From positions 12,524,520-12,588,519 of the forward strand of contig CM082578.2 of the NCBI GenBank assembly GCA_040954595.2: a DNA stretch of 64,000 nt, given 5' to 3'. The DNA is from Balanoglossus misakiensis (Eukaryota; Animalia; Hemichordata). Below the pieces are notes generated by a model. It ran no database searches. It was not told the DNA's origin and was given only the letters and a program-made list of their open reading frames with translations. Shown one piece after another: positions 1 to 41,559 of this stretch. The translations under genes were made by a program, and so were the position numbers. Each line of letters begins with the position of its first letter. Position 1 is the stretch's first letter.

Positions 1-16363
<16,363 letters not shown>

Positions 16364-16961
16364 AGCAGATTTCACATGGTGCGACCGAGTAAACTAGCTA
16401 AAGTTCGGGGACAGTCCAACGCGATCCTGCATCCAAGTTCCAGTTGTAGTGTAGTGGTGGTAAACTGACGGTACAGAAGTGAACAGCAAACTACGAGTTG
16501 GATATCGCCAAATTCGCTCGCCACAGTAGCACTGATGTTGAATTAGTACACGACATATACCATACACGCTGTCTGGTGTGATTTCACTGCCACATCGTCC
16601 TAAAACTAAGGAAATTTACAAGCCACCACTACAGCAACAAGCCTAAACTCCTCCCAAGCTTGAAAACCTAGCCATAATCTGGCATACGCATGCGCAATTG
16701 ATGTGCAGGCATGTTCAAGTGAATAAATTCGATACACTGACAACATCACACAATCTACTTGTGTTCCCTGACAGACATTGAGCAGTTATGTTAGTTGAAG
16801 AATAAAAATGTGTCCGCCTCACTGTAAGACAGTTATGTTCAGATAGACGTGATAAATAAATGTTTATTTATAGGGTGGTGTTTTCAAAACGGAGTTCAGT
16901 CCAACAGTTTACAAACAAGCTTGCCGTATTAAAAGCGCATGCGCTTACCCTGAAAAAAAAA

Positions 16962-16968
<7 letters not shown>
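16364..16968. promoter_or_regulatory. Bidirectional promoter region MAGI/WASHC4 with NRF1-like and YY1-like sites
   Basis: Divergent start codons ~600 bp apart. CGCATGCGCA 16687-16696 and GCGCATGCGC 16935-16944 match the NRF1 consensus. AAAATGGCGG 16959-16968 (YY1-like) overlaps the WASHC4 ATG. Confidence 0.65.
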
Positions 16969-29561
<12,593 letters not shown>

Positions 29562-32247
29562 AAAAATTGGTGAAGTCCACCCCTGACTCCAGATCCCAGT
29601 ACTCAAGTTGAATGAAATCATGTGTAAAAACAATTATGGAGAATCTCTTTCATGTTCAAGAAGTATGGTTTCCTGTAATAAAGCTGAAAGATTCAATGTG
29701 TTCGAATAAGATTTCTTTTTATACTGAGGTATCATTAGGCGACCAGAAAGAATAATGACCACTGTGTGCTGGAAATATGTTTATGTGCCAATATCACGGC
29801 ATATCTTTCTATTTGCAAAAAGTCACACATATTGCAATCATCTAAATTTTAACAGTGTGCTTGTTTTGTGGGATGTTTAAACTGTTATTCAACTCATTAT
29901 TATGGCATATAACATGTGGAATAGATGCTTTCCGTTCTCATAGTTTAAGTTTACAGTTTAGTATCAAAGTTGCAGTGGTTGCTGAGATGTTGTAGAAGAG
30001 ATGTGAATTTTATGAAATGGATTACTAGTATTATTTTCACAGATTAAACTATGGCTTTTACATGCCTTGTATTAACTATACACAGAATCTGACTGTTCTT
30101 TGTTGGCCTATTTCTGGAAATACTGACACTTGGAAACAAAAAAGAATGGGAATGCCACTTTGTCGTCGATGATCATTCACAAAAACAGGGGAATAAATTA
30201 TTGCAACACTGGGGACGCTATACAGTTTGACCATCATCTCAGAAGTTTATATTAAACTGTCGAGGTACATCTATGTACAGCCAAAACTCAGTATGCCATG
30301 CCAGTGTACATAGCAGAAATGCAAAGCTTTAGGGTGGGGAAACCCAACCAGACAACATATTGTCTCCATATGTGCAAGGCCACTGCGTTACAAACTTTAT
30401 TTGTAAGCATTTGAATTATAGAAAATTATACCATTACATGATAAAATTAGACATTTCTTTATAATTACAAAATGAATTCAATAACATCTTTGAGAAACAC
30501 CAACATGTAGAAATAAATCCATCAATGCTATGATTCCTAAGAACGAACAATATTTAGCATTTTAAAATCTTCTGAACTCAAGTTTTATGGTACAATACAA
30601 AACAGCAAAGGCCCGATAGAAGTTAACATGAAGCCTATACCTGAAAGTGATTTGAATCTGATTAGAATTAATTAGCACATTAAAATCTACATACTAGTAT
30701 GTTGAGAAAACGTGACTATTAGACTGAAATCATGCATGTTCAATTCAGAAATGAGACTTTGTTTGTCTGCATCAGAAAGACATCCACAACATCAAGGTTT
30801 CTGCTACGTACATCTGCCTCAACTGTATATGTCTCACTGTGACAATTATGACAGACCAGCTGAATAACAGTCAATAAACAGTTTAACATGACACTGGTGA
30901 AGATCATTACAATACTTCAACTCTGCTGGTGATTTGAAAGGAAGCATCTATCACACAGACTGGTCTGACTATGTATCGTAAGAAGTTCAGGTAAGTAGCT
31001 GTTTTGACTAATTGTATTCTTGCGTGAACAGCGCAGCCAGTGGTGAAAATGAGACATGGAGCCAGCCTGCAAATGCTCTTTCGCATTGCTGATGAAAATG
31101 GTAATGCTGATCATGAATGTAAATAAAATCAGAAAGGCAAGCAAAAGAAACAAGGTTTATCGTCCCTGAAGATGAAGTCCGAGGAGAAATTAGGGCACTG
31201 TCTGTCTGTCTGTCAACTTGCATGTCATCTGAAACTCCCTATACAGGGTCACCATAGCGATCGCAGAGCCACCACACAGCAAGGGGTGCTATATTTGGGC
31301 TTGCTGCCAAGTCGTCCATTTGCCTGAATATCAGATGCCAAACTGACAAACTATTGATGATACGATATCACTGACGATGGTGCCACCCTGACATACTTTC
31401 TCATTGACTCATTGCAGAGTTGTGTCCAAAGTCAATGGACTTCAGTCTTTCTGGGTCAAAGTCTAGAAATCTGACCTCAGGTGACTGGAACAACCTGATT
31501 GCCCCATCTGCTGATGTACGATCATAATCCATGATGCAATTTCCGTACAACGGAACAATGCCATCAAGTTGTTTTGTAGTATGAGTTAAAAACAGAAATG
31601 AATTTAAAAATTGATCATATGCAGTGCATACTGAAACAAAGGCATGTCAAAGATTGACATCAAATATAAGCTTTCATATAATTTAACAGAATGTATTAAA
31701 AAGCAATCCATTCAAATGTGTTTGAAGATATAAAATATATCCCTTAATATTTAAAAACATCTTCAATTAAATTCTTTGAAAACAATCTTAACTGTTAAAT
31801 ATTGCAGAAACACGGATTTTTGTGCATTCATCCCAAAATATTATATACCTAAGGTCAAAGAACTGTCTATGTAGTGAGGTTCTAGTGTTTCTAATGTCAC
31901 AGACATTGTATCAATCACCTGACGAACCTCCTGAGTTGTACATCAATTTTCAATAATTAGCTTGCCAGAAATATCATCACCACAGAGCAGGGTCTACCAC
32001 ACATAACTCATTCAGGCAGACACTGACACATACAGCAGCTTTTAGTGGCTTGAGTCACGCAAACTGTACGATTGTCTTGCGGTAATTTTAAATTTGTGAC
32101 CATCGGACCACATATTGGAAAGGTCGTTCGTATACAATAATAAAAAGCATGAAATATTTCTTTTTATTACCCCTTAACTGTGTTGAGCCACTTAGGCATT
32201 TTTAAAGCTTGTGTATGGACTATGAACTGGTACGCGTTTGTTCAACT

Positions 32248-32333
32248 TTAACCCTTGCATGGCCAGTCCAAATCCATTGTTTTCTATGGTAGACTTGGAC
32301 CACTGTAGAGGGAACTGGGGGTGAAAGGGTTAA
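32248..32333. mobile_element. ~90-bp piggyBac-type MITE, copy 3 (diverged)
   Basis: TTAACCCTTG..GTCCAAATCCATTGTTTTCTATGGTAGACTTGGA..AGAGGGAACTGGGGGTGAAAGGGTTAA, just downstream of the AGPAT stop. Confidence 0.75.
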
Positions 32334-32645
32334 TCCTTCCAACGCCATTTACAGTACACAATGCCGATCTCCCCAACAGACAGCTCTTTCACCCCCATTG
32401 TAAAATGAAGAATTCCACCTTCCCAAATAAGAAACAAGACTCAACTGTTCACAGTGTGTAAGACAAGACGCGCAAGGTCATTCAACTCTAGAGATTGTTG
32501 ACCGAACATTGATAGTTCATTCTAGCAACGATCAAATTAAAATTAACAAAAAAACGCATCACCGCATCTCTCTATCTGTGTCAAGGTTACCCGATCCTAC
32601 AGCGCAACTCTTTCCAAAACAAACAAAACAAACACGAGAATCGTG

Positions 32646-35542
32646 TTAACTCTGTGCATTGTGCTGAACGCCATTTTCTTCACATCGCCTCGATGTCTTC
32701 TTGTATACCTCGAGCATTGCCTCTCGGACTTCCTCCATCAAAGCGGGGATGTCATCGACTGTCTTGCCAGCGGTGGGTATAGGAGGAAGGACGGTGATTG
32801 TCACTTGAACTAGAAAAAAAACAACAACAAGAGATCACTCGTTCATCTGACACAATCACAAAGTTCTGTGTCACCTCATATAACAGAAAAACTATCAGTA
32901 CAAAACACTTGAGTATGTGTTTGCAAGTATAAAAAACACTTTTGCTTTACTTGCCAGAAAAAGAGCAACTTGCAACTATGAAAGCATTGCAGCAGAAACC
33001 CAAAAGACGCAAGTCATGAATGCCAGTAAAGATGTTTCAGAGGAATTTTTTTCTTTCTTTTTTTTTTTTTATTTGGGGGGGGGGGGGGGGGGGGGACCTA
33101 CCGTTATCGAACTGGTGTACTTTTGGATTAAAAGAGTCCTTATAGTTCGAAAACACCACCGGTGCTATGGGTACCTGTCGCAGAAAAATAAACAAAACAG
33201 TATTGTATCAGGCCTGGTATTGTATGATCCATTCGTGGGTGATGCAAGTACATGATAAAACCAGTCTAATAAGAGCAGTCTGCCTCGATACATTAACATG
33301 CCTCTCATTAATGATAACATCCGTCTGATGCATGGTGATGTCAGTGTAATACACGATATAAATGAAAATACCTGCGCATCAACTGCTATGAAGAAAGCAC
33401 CCTTTTTGAACGGCAGCATATCTCGGCCTGTTCCCGAGCTACGAGTTCCCTCGGGATAGATCCAAACTTTTGACTGAAAATTATTCAAAGCGAGAACACA
33501 CCATAAATAATCTACGTGACATGAACACTACTGTAATCACATACTGCTTTTGCACATACATGTAATGGGAAATCTAATATGATTCTCATTTTCCCCTGTG
33601 CCTCATCATTTAATTAGTAGACTGTGGTATGGCTGAAGTCTCGCTTGCCAGACTTCGAACCTGTGCCTGGAATTAATGACAGAGCAGGCTTCGAGGGCTG
33701 AATGGTGCTGAATACAAATCCAATCTTACTTTCTTTTTTGTGATGATGTCTGTTACTCTACTGGTGAATGCTTTGGCTTTGGCCGGGTTAAACCTGTCCA
33801 CAAACACAACACCACAGAGTAAGGACGCAATGCCGAAGGTTCCGGCGTACATCAGTGATCTCTTGGCCAGCATGGAACATCGGCCACTCGGCCACAGCTC
33901 CATCACTCCTGGAAAATAACATGACAAGCTTATAAACTAACGAAACACAAATTCTTTCGTAGTTTCATCAGAAACCATCATCAAGGTATTTTATTAGTGT
34001 CATAAGTCATTTCCTTTAACTGTCTTCCCCTGATCTGAATGAAAACAAAGTTTCCTCTGATCTTCTTCCAAATATCACCTGGTCTTTGTTTGTCAATACT
34101 GGTGTCATGAGCTATATGCAAATGTCACCTGATGTGCACCTTCGTACATTCGAGACTTGCGTACCTATTTGGTCGAGGGAGCTCTGATGGTTGGAGATTA
34201 TCACCAACGGCTCCTTGCATTCTAGATAATGCCTATTCTTGACGTCCATATAGAATCCCCAGATATATTTGGTGCAGAGGATTTTGGTCCAATATGAGAA
34301 ATAGCTGTGGAGAAGATAGAAAGTGTCAAAGCATCAATATTCAGCCAGTATACGTATGGGATCTGAAAATAACAAGTTCAGTGTTTAATTCCAGTATGTC
34401 TCTGCTGAAGGTAACATAAATAATACATGATGCTCTATCACAATCTGGAAAAGTGACTACCGGTATGCAGTTTTTTTATTATCTGATCAATTCATGGCCC
34501 TCTGTATAATAAACCAGAACTTTTATCCCTGTATTTTATTTCAGATTTTGATAAGACTTACAAAGGAGAATAATTCCTAATTTAATGATCACACATCCTT
34601 AAAATATTCATCAGCTGTGACTATTGACTACAAATCATCTGCAGTTGCTTGTTCAACTCTCGAAACATGAATGAAATCGTTTGGATGGGGCATGGATGGG
34701 GAAACTCAGGTAATTGGACAATTCAGAAACATTTGAACAAACAAATGTACTATGCTTGGGAAGCCCTGGTAGATTTGACTCTCTAAATCTAATACCAGGT
34801 TTGAACACATGTAAAAACTACAGTTCAGATAAGATATAAGGACAGTTAATCTGAGCTTTGAAGTGTACAGTGACCTTTGGACAAGAGGTAGTCGCAGATA
34901 CCACAATCACGGCAAAATAAATCAGATAATAATGATCAAAATTGTGCACAGTCAAGGACTAAGGATACCCTTTACAGAAAAATCACGGCAGTCTACAGAC
35001 TTCTTTAGAAAATAAATGGGAATTTTTGTAAATTATAAATTTCTATGGAAAATATTCTATATCAATCTATGGAATTTATATACCAGTAGTATATGGCATT
35101 TTCATATGTACAGATATTGTACAGAAGATGCATTCAGCTGGGCATTTTCTATTTCATGTTGGTTTTTTTATGGTCTACATATGTAGACCAACTTTTCTTA
35201 TTGATCCCTCAAATAGATGCTATTTTTCCGGACCTGCAACAGGTACAGGTCAGACCCTGTTTATACCGGAACGTCATGGGAAACCAGCCTGTGGCTTTTT
35301 AAGCTGTGAAGCCGTAACAAGGCAACTTGCCTCTGAATTCTACTTTCTCACCTGGAATTGGCCGACTCCCCCGGATTCAACAGAGCAAATGGTATCACCA
35401 GAGCCCCTAACAGCAAGTACCAAAAAGTGATGCCGATCGAAAGAACCCAGAAACGCGCCGCTTTACTGGCCTGGCAGAGGCAGTACAGAAACAGGGCAGT
35501 GGCAGACACCCACAGAGCAACATCACGACCTGTCCATTCCAT
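32646..35542 (-). CDS. 1-acyl-sn-glycerol-3-phosphate acyltransferase (AGPAT1/2-type LPAAT), isoform with proximal first exon A
   Basis: Exons 35352-35542, 34165-34304 (NHQSSLD, motif I), 33730-33908 (FVDR, motif II), 33372-33473 (YPEGTR, FKKGAF, motif III), 33102-33174 (VPIAPVV), 32646-32809 (VLPPIPT..TAA). All phases compatible. Confidence 0.93.
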
Positions 35543-37117
35543 CTTTTCCGTGGTTATCCCCGCGGAACTTCAAATAGCATATCCACTGTCGGCAAATTTT
35601 GGGGTGATGCAAGTCTACACGCAGCATTTAGGCCATGGTTCATGTATCAGATAGACTAAATGCATTCATTCATTCAATCAATCATCAACTACAATGTATT
35701 TAAAGCTCTGGAACCCTGTAAAGCCAGTGTCACCAGACAATGGCTGTTAGACAAGGTCATTATACTGTAAACTTGAATGGTGGTGACACGTTTATTATCT
35801 GAGTTTACATATCAATTGTATATTGTCTCCCGTATTATGACTGTGTTCATAACATTACAAATTTTGTTTTTTTTATGTTGTGGTATGTTGAAAATCTACT
35901 GAGGAATTCTTGGTGAGCTTCATCCTTCACTTCATTAATTATGAAACAGTGAAAAAGCACTGCAGCATCAAAGGTCAATGAACCTTTAATACATTTACAC
36001 TGGCAGCCACTGGTAATCTGGTAATCTAATCCTGAATCCATTGTGGCTCAGCTCTCAATCGGATGTGTAGTTGAACTTGCTACCAGTGGTTCCTCTTTTG
36101 GAACATTTCTTCGATACTCAGTCACTAACATTCAATTTACTTTCTCTTCCTTTATATTTCCTTTCAGAGTATCAGTTTCACATCATTGATAATAAGCCTG
36201 ATGGGTCATTCATTTGTGTATTTTTTAAATGAAATATGACATTGAGTTTAATCTTTATGATATGGTTATATAATTCAAGGACCCCACTACAAAATAACTG
36301 ACCTGTACCTTACGGCTACTGTAAAACAGGTGGTTATATCTGTAGGTCACATATCCTTGTAGATTGTGTCAATACTCTGGTATCGGTGATTAAGATATTG
36401 GAAAAAGAATTACTGAATTCCAATACACAGTGTCCTGAGAATTCATGTCTTTTTTCACTTGTTTCACATTTGATGTTCTGTACACATACACACAGAGAAT
36501 AATTTGGAATGAAACCAATTCGGCATCCATTTCTCTCATTGTATGTAAATTTGAAGGGGTCCGTTCTTCTGTTTACAGCCTTAGCTGCAATGATTGTAGT
36601 GGGTGCTGCTGCGCTACAATCATTGCAGCTGTTGACAACCTTGAAAGCTCACCATCACAACAACCTTTCATTCAATCTTTTCAGTCTAAACAGATATTTG
36701 CATATAAATAAAGATCAAACAAGAAGTGTCTTAGGAGTACCTCATGGGGAAGAGATGGTATTTTTTTAAATTACCATAATTAGTGATCACAATTTTTTTC
36801 GAAATGTTACAATTTGTTGTATTTTTAATTTTATTGATAAAGTTTTAATTAAGTTTAAAAAAAATGTTAAAATGGGTTACATTAATTTCACACTCAATTT
36901 CACTAAATTTCTTTTGGGCTATCTGTATCTATTTACTGGCTTTTGGTTGGTCTGTTGTCAGATTACATCACTTACGTAATTCGACAATGGTAACTAACGA
37001 CGATTGCGTCACTGGTCCATGCATGCTTTGCAACAGCACAGCAGCACTGAGGAACACCATTGACCCATCATCATCGCGTCGGTCAAGTTCAGAGTACATG
37101 ATGATGTTGTTCCTCAC

Positions 37118-37314
37118 CTCATATTCGCATGTTCTCCCGGCTTCCACAGCGCAAACGGAATGACAAAGGCTCCAAGCACCATGTACCACGCACTCAGCGA
37201 TTTATCCTTCACTTGAAATCGCATCCAGTTGCTCACTCGGCAAAGAAACCAGAGCGCGATGCAGCATCCGATCAGGAAGGTGCCCGCGTACTGAATGACT
37301 GATGCCAAAGCCAT
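37118..37314 (-). CDS. Second, paralogous first coding exon (B) of the AGPAT gene
   Basis: MALASVIQYAGTFLIGCCIALWFLCRVSNWMRFQVKDKSLSAWYMVLGAFVIPFALWKPGEHANM, homologous to exon A. Ends with AG|GTGAG in the same phase (2), so it splices in frame to exon 34304. Confidence 0.8.
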
Positions 37315-37357
37315 CGTTCTGGTCAGGAATATGAGAGAAACATAGAAGAGCCAGCAC

Positions 37358-37685
37358 CTATTTGTCGATCCACCAAACAAATGTTTGGCGAAAGTTCTCC
37401 CCTCGGGGTGTACGTCGTACAAAAGCTTACCAGCTGATGCCGTGACCTCGACACAGTGGTGTAAACACTGTGCTGATAAATAAAGTGGATCACCAGATCT
37501 GTGTCATATGTTATCATCTATCCGCACAACCTTTGGTGGCGCTGTGTGTATAACGTGATTCCAGAAAATTCTCGTCTTGACTCCACTGCCATACAGTAGC
37601 CCTCTCTCACACATTGTTGCATAGTAACACTAATCACAGACGACCAAAATATGGTGACAGCCAGACCAAAGAGCAGTCGGCCTTG
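37358..37685. repeat. Composite duplicated block (segment A 37358-37573 + segment B 37574-37685)
   Basis: A matches 38648-38863 and B matches 38353-38464, with no mismatches seen by eye; the order is swapped relative to the source. Confidence 0.92.
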
Positions 37686-38352
37686 TTTATTTGCAACTAG
37701 AAAGCGAACTGTGCAAGCTCGAGCAAAGACGTGAACTTCGCACTGAACATATGATAGCAACTATTGTAAGAGAAAATCCAAGACTTTATCTGTGTGGTAA
37801 AAAATCCTGTCAGCACCCTATCTAGCGGGTCAGGAAAAAACAGAGATAAACCTTTCAGCCAAAGTGGAAAATACTCTTGAAAACCTGCAGTCCATTTGCC
37901 ATGCATGATAGGGCTCGAGGTGTGGTGTTGGACCTCACCAGCTTACCACCAGATTTACAAATCATGTGAAATGGATATAATGTATGAAAACTTTAAAAAC
38001 TGTAAAACTTTCCTCCCAAAACTACATGTCTATAACAATACAGGTAGCATCTTCAGACTTGTGAACTGTATACTAATGCTACAAATGCCTAAAAACTGGC
38101 GGCGAAAAAATTTGACGAACAAGGACCGAACGTCTGTGCTGCTCAAAGATCTGCCTAGAAGTGGCTCAAAATTGCCTCAGCACGCATATGGCATTTTCCT
38201 CACTAAAACCCTCATTGGTCAATGCAACATTTTATATTTACTTATCCAATAAGAATACAACAAAACTATGAGCACGCACTAAACACTGCTTGTGTGCGTG
38301 ACATCAAGACAAAGATTTCGATACTTTACTGTCGAAACGCGCGAAATCATAT

Positions 38353-38464
38353 GTCTTGACTCCACTGCCATACAGTAGCCCTCTCTCACACATTGTTGCA
38401 TAGTAACACTAATCACAGACGACCAAAATATGGTGACAGCCAGACCAAAGAGCAGTCGGCCTTG
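38353..38464. repeat. Copy of segment B (112 bp)
   Basis: GTCTTGACTCCACTGCC...GAGCAGTCGGCCTTG matches 37574-37685. Confidence 0.92.
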
Positions 38465-38647
38465 ACATAGAAATAAAGAACGGGAGGTGGCACTGAGAAA
38501 ATACAGCAACTGTATAAATTTACAGACCTAAAGATTTGGAGACCGAAAGTCGTCTAGCTAAAGAATCTTTAATGTAACCATCCTTGGCACTGTCGGACTT
38601 CCACCGACCATGCCGTTTCCAGCATCTCTCATTAATTGCGCTGTTAG

Positions 38648-38863
38648 CTATTTGTCGATCCACCAAACAAATGTTTGGCGAAAGTTCTCCCCTCGGGGTG
38701 TACGTCGTACAAAAGCTTACCAGCTGATGCCGTGACCTCGACACAGTGGTGTAAACACTGTGCTGATAAATAAAGTGGATCACCAGATCTGTGTCATATG
38801 TTATCATCTATCCGCACAACCTTTGGTGGCGCTGTGTGTATAACGTGATTCCAGAAAATTCTC
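38648..38863. repeat. Copy of segment A (216 bp)
   Basis: CTATTTGTCGATCCACC...CCAGAAAATTCTC matches 37358-37573. Confidence 0.92.
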
Positions 38864-39242
38864 ATCTCGACTGCACGCACAGAACGTGCAGAATTTTGCA
38901 ATAAAGTTACTTACAGTGCACCATAGTGTGCACGAAAATATCTTCACTCACAAAGATGGATAGTGTTTATTTCCAAATGAACCCTCCCCCTTCATGACTG
39001 GCCACTCAAAGAGTCAAAAATTAGTTTTAACGACCTTTGATGAATACTAATCCAATCAACAATAAGAGGAACGTTTTCGCATAAAATAAACATTTCATAA
39101 ATTTCAACACTTGTTTAAAGAATCGATTTTAGAGAAAATCAATTTACTTACATCTGCCTTTGTTTTTATTTATAAATCAGCATGCAAAACTTTTGTGGCG
39201 AGGAACAATCGTAAGGGGCGCTCTTTATTCACAGTTATCAAG

Positions 39243-40703
39243 ATGGCGGCACAGTCGTCTGCTGCATTACTTTCTCAGACGAAATCATGGCCTGTAGCCC
39301 GATATGCAAGGTATATCAGTGCTCCGTCAGATGTCAACGCAAGTGATGATGCCAGTAAATCGACTAATACAAGCAAAAGCTCAGGTTACTGGAAGGTATT
39401 CATCACTTTCCACATATAAGTTCTTGACCAGATCTTCAGTCATAACACTGGATTGAAAACGAAAACACCGGCTATTTAAACCTGAGTGATAGACTAGTCA
39501 TTTCCTGTCAATTTTCCCCTTCTTTTCCAACAGCATATTGAGAGCAATAACCTAATATTAATACTCATGGAATCTAAAAACATGGTCCTAAGCAGTGGTA
39601 ACACCATACATGTAAGTTGCATATTTGAGCAGTATTTGTGTGTGTGTGTGGGGGGGGGGGGGGGGGGGGTCACAGCTTTAGGTTTGGTACCAGAATGATA
39701 CCACAACAACCACTACGGCTAGAAGTTAAGTAGAAACACAGATCTGTTTGGGATTCAAATCAGTATGAGAACCATTTTTTTGTCTATAAAGTTAACCGAT
39801 CTTTGTTATTTGTTTCACGCATCTGTACAGGAAAACTACTCCTTGCACAACGCTAGTGATTGGATGAGAGGGATCTGTAAAGGGGACAGTGTTCTCTTTG
39901 CATGTAGGATCCAGGTTAGTCCAAATTAGGCTGAGACGTATATTTAAAGGGACATTTATGAAATTTTTCAGTGCTAACATCGAAATGTATACATCAGCTG
40001 ACTCATGTATATTTTTTTCCACTAACAGAATGAAATACGTCGCTTTCGCATTCAGTTTAAGAAGACTTCTCATAAATCAGCTGTTGAGAATTGTCAGGAA
40101 TGCAGTCAAGTTTTAGCCACGTACTTCAGAGTTAAAAATGTTTCCACAAATATGGAAGATTTACAGCAGGAAGACACAAGTAAAGAAGTGAGCATGTTTC
40201 CCCTTTCCTTTGAAAACTGCAAGGTTTTCAAAATCTGTTTGCAATAATTCCAATTGCTGTATGAAATTATGTAGGTGAAACTACCTTGTTCATGCTTGTC
40301 TTTGTAGTTATTAAACACCTCTTTTTTTGTCTACCAATAATTATTTCCAGTCAGGTTTTGGCGAAACTTCTCATTTGAGGGGAGAAGCATCATTACAGGA
40401 CATTGCAAGGGTAAGGCGAAAAAAGTTGTTATATAAGTTTGATTTCAAACTGGCACAATTGTATCAGAGTTGAATCTCTGGTTTTGTGTCCAATCTCACT
40501 GGCCTATCTGTCAACATCTATTGTTACAGGCTGTGCGCAACCCTGATGTCAAGCGTCTCCCTCTTGCTTACCAGTACAACAACATACAGATGCCTGCGGA
40601 TAGGATGAAAGATTTCCTCAAACTGTGTTTGACCGATGCAAACTTTCCGGCATTCGTTGGCAGTGTGGAGAAGGAACTGAAGGGAATCGTCAGCGACAGT
40701 TGA
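39243..40703 (+). CDS. REC114: Meiotic recombination protein REC114 (~235 aa, 6 exons)
   Basis: Exons 39243-39395, 39534-39611, 39831-39914, 40029-40187, 40351-40410, 40530-40703, all phase 0. PH-like N-terminus WPVARYARY..ENYSLHNASDWMR..RRFRIQF..VENCQEC and C-terminal LPLAY..FLKLCLTDANFPAFVGSVEKEL match the REC114 signature motifs. YY1-like CAAGATGGCGGC (39239-39250) overlaps the ATG. Confidence 0.92.
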
Positions 40704-41559
40704 AGGGATAGAACATTCATGTGTAGTGTACCACATGAAAAATATGTCTGATATTTTCAAAGATCATATCGCCAGACACTGAACTTTTTTTATAAAATAA
40801 TTTATTTGTTACGGTGTATTAAAAGGTTCTGCATAGGCATTTCATTCAACTGCATTTAATTCGCTGAAAACTGGAATGACAATGGATTGCATCAAGCTGG
40901 ACGCTTTCAACATTTTTTATGGTTGTTTGGCATGGCATCTGAAAAATACTAGCGGTACATGTACGTTGGCACACAGTGTTTAGAATGCGCTGTATAGAGA
41001 ATTTGTAACATTGAGGAAGATTTGGCTGTTTGATCTGAACATAGAAACAAGAGTCTTTCCCTATACTGGATTTGCTGCAGTTCATCAATATAGCACAGAG
41101 TGCATTCAACAAGGGAAATAAAACTGAGGTATTCTTAATACTGGCACTGCCAGTGTTCAACTATACAGCAACAGTACATGGTTAAGTTTTACATGTAAGA
41201 ACTGTCTATTAAAACAAGGTATGTCACGAATACACCACACTCCAAAAAAACTAGATTTCAAAATTAGATTTGGTTTTCATGTATAAATATTACATTTGGT
41301 TACATTTATGTGATATATTATTGTGTAAATGAAATGTAATCCTATTTACAAAAAACATTCAGTGTGCACGGCCACTGTATGTACTTCAACCCACAATACA
41401 ATCACACTGCACTTTGTGTTCAGTTCATAGAACATTTTATATTTCCATTGAATTTTGCACGGAAGGCACTAGTGACACAGAAATGAAACGCCGGAACTCC
41501 AATCAATCACAAAATGGAAGCCACGTATTGCGCTGAATGCCAGCTGTCGCGCAAAATCC

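Noticed and set aside
35847-36190. Possible remnant of a second AGPAT exon 2 (PKEEPLVASS versus CKEPLVIIS)
   Set aside because: The similarity is a few residues, there is no NHQS motif, stops interrupt the frame and there are no matching splice sites; not supportable without an alignment search.
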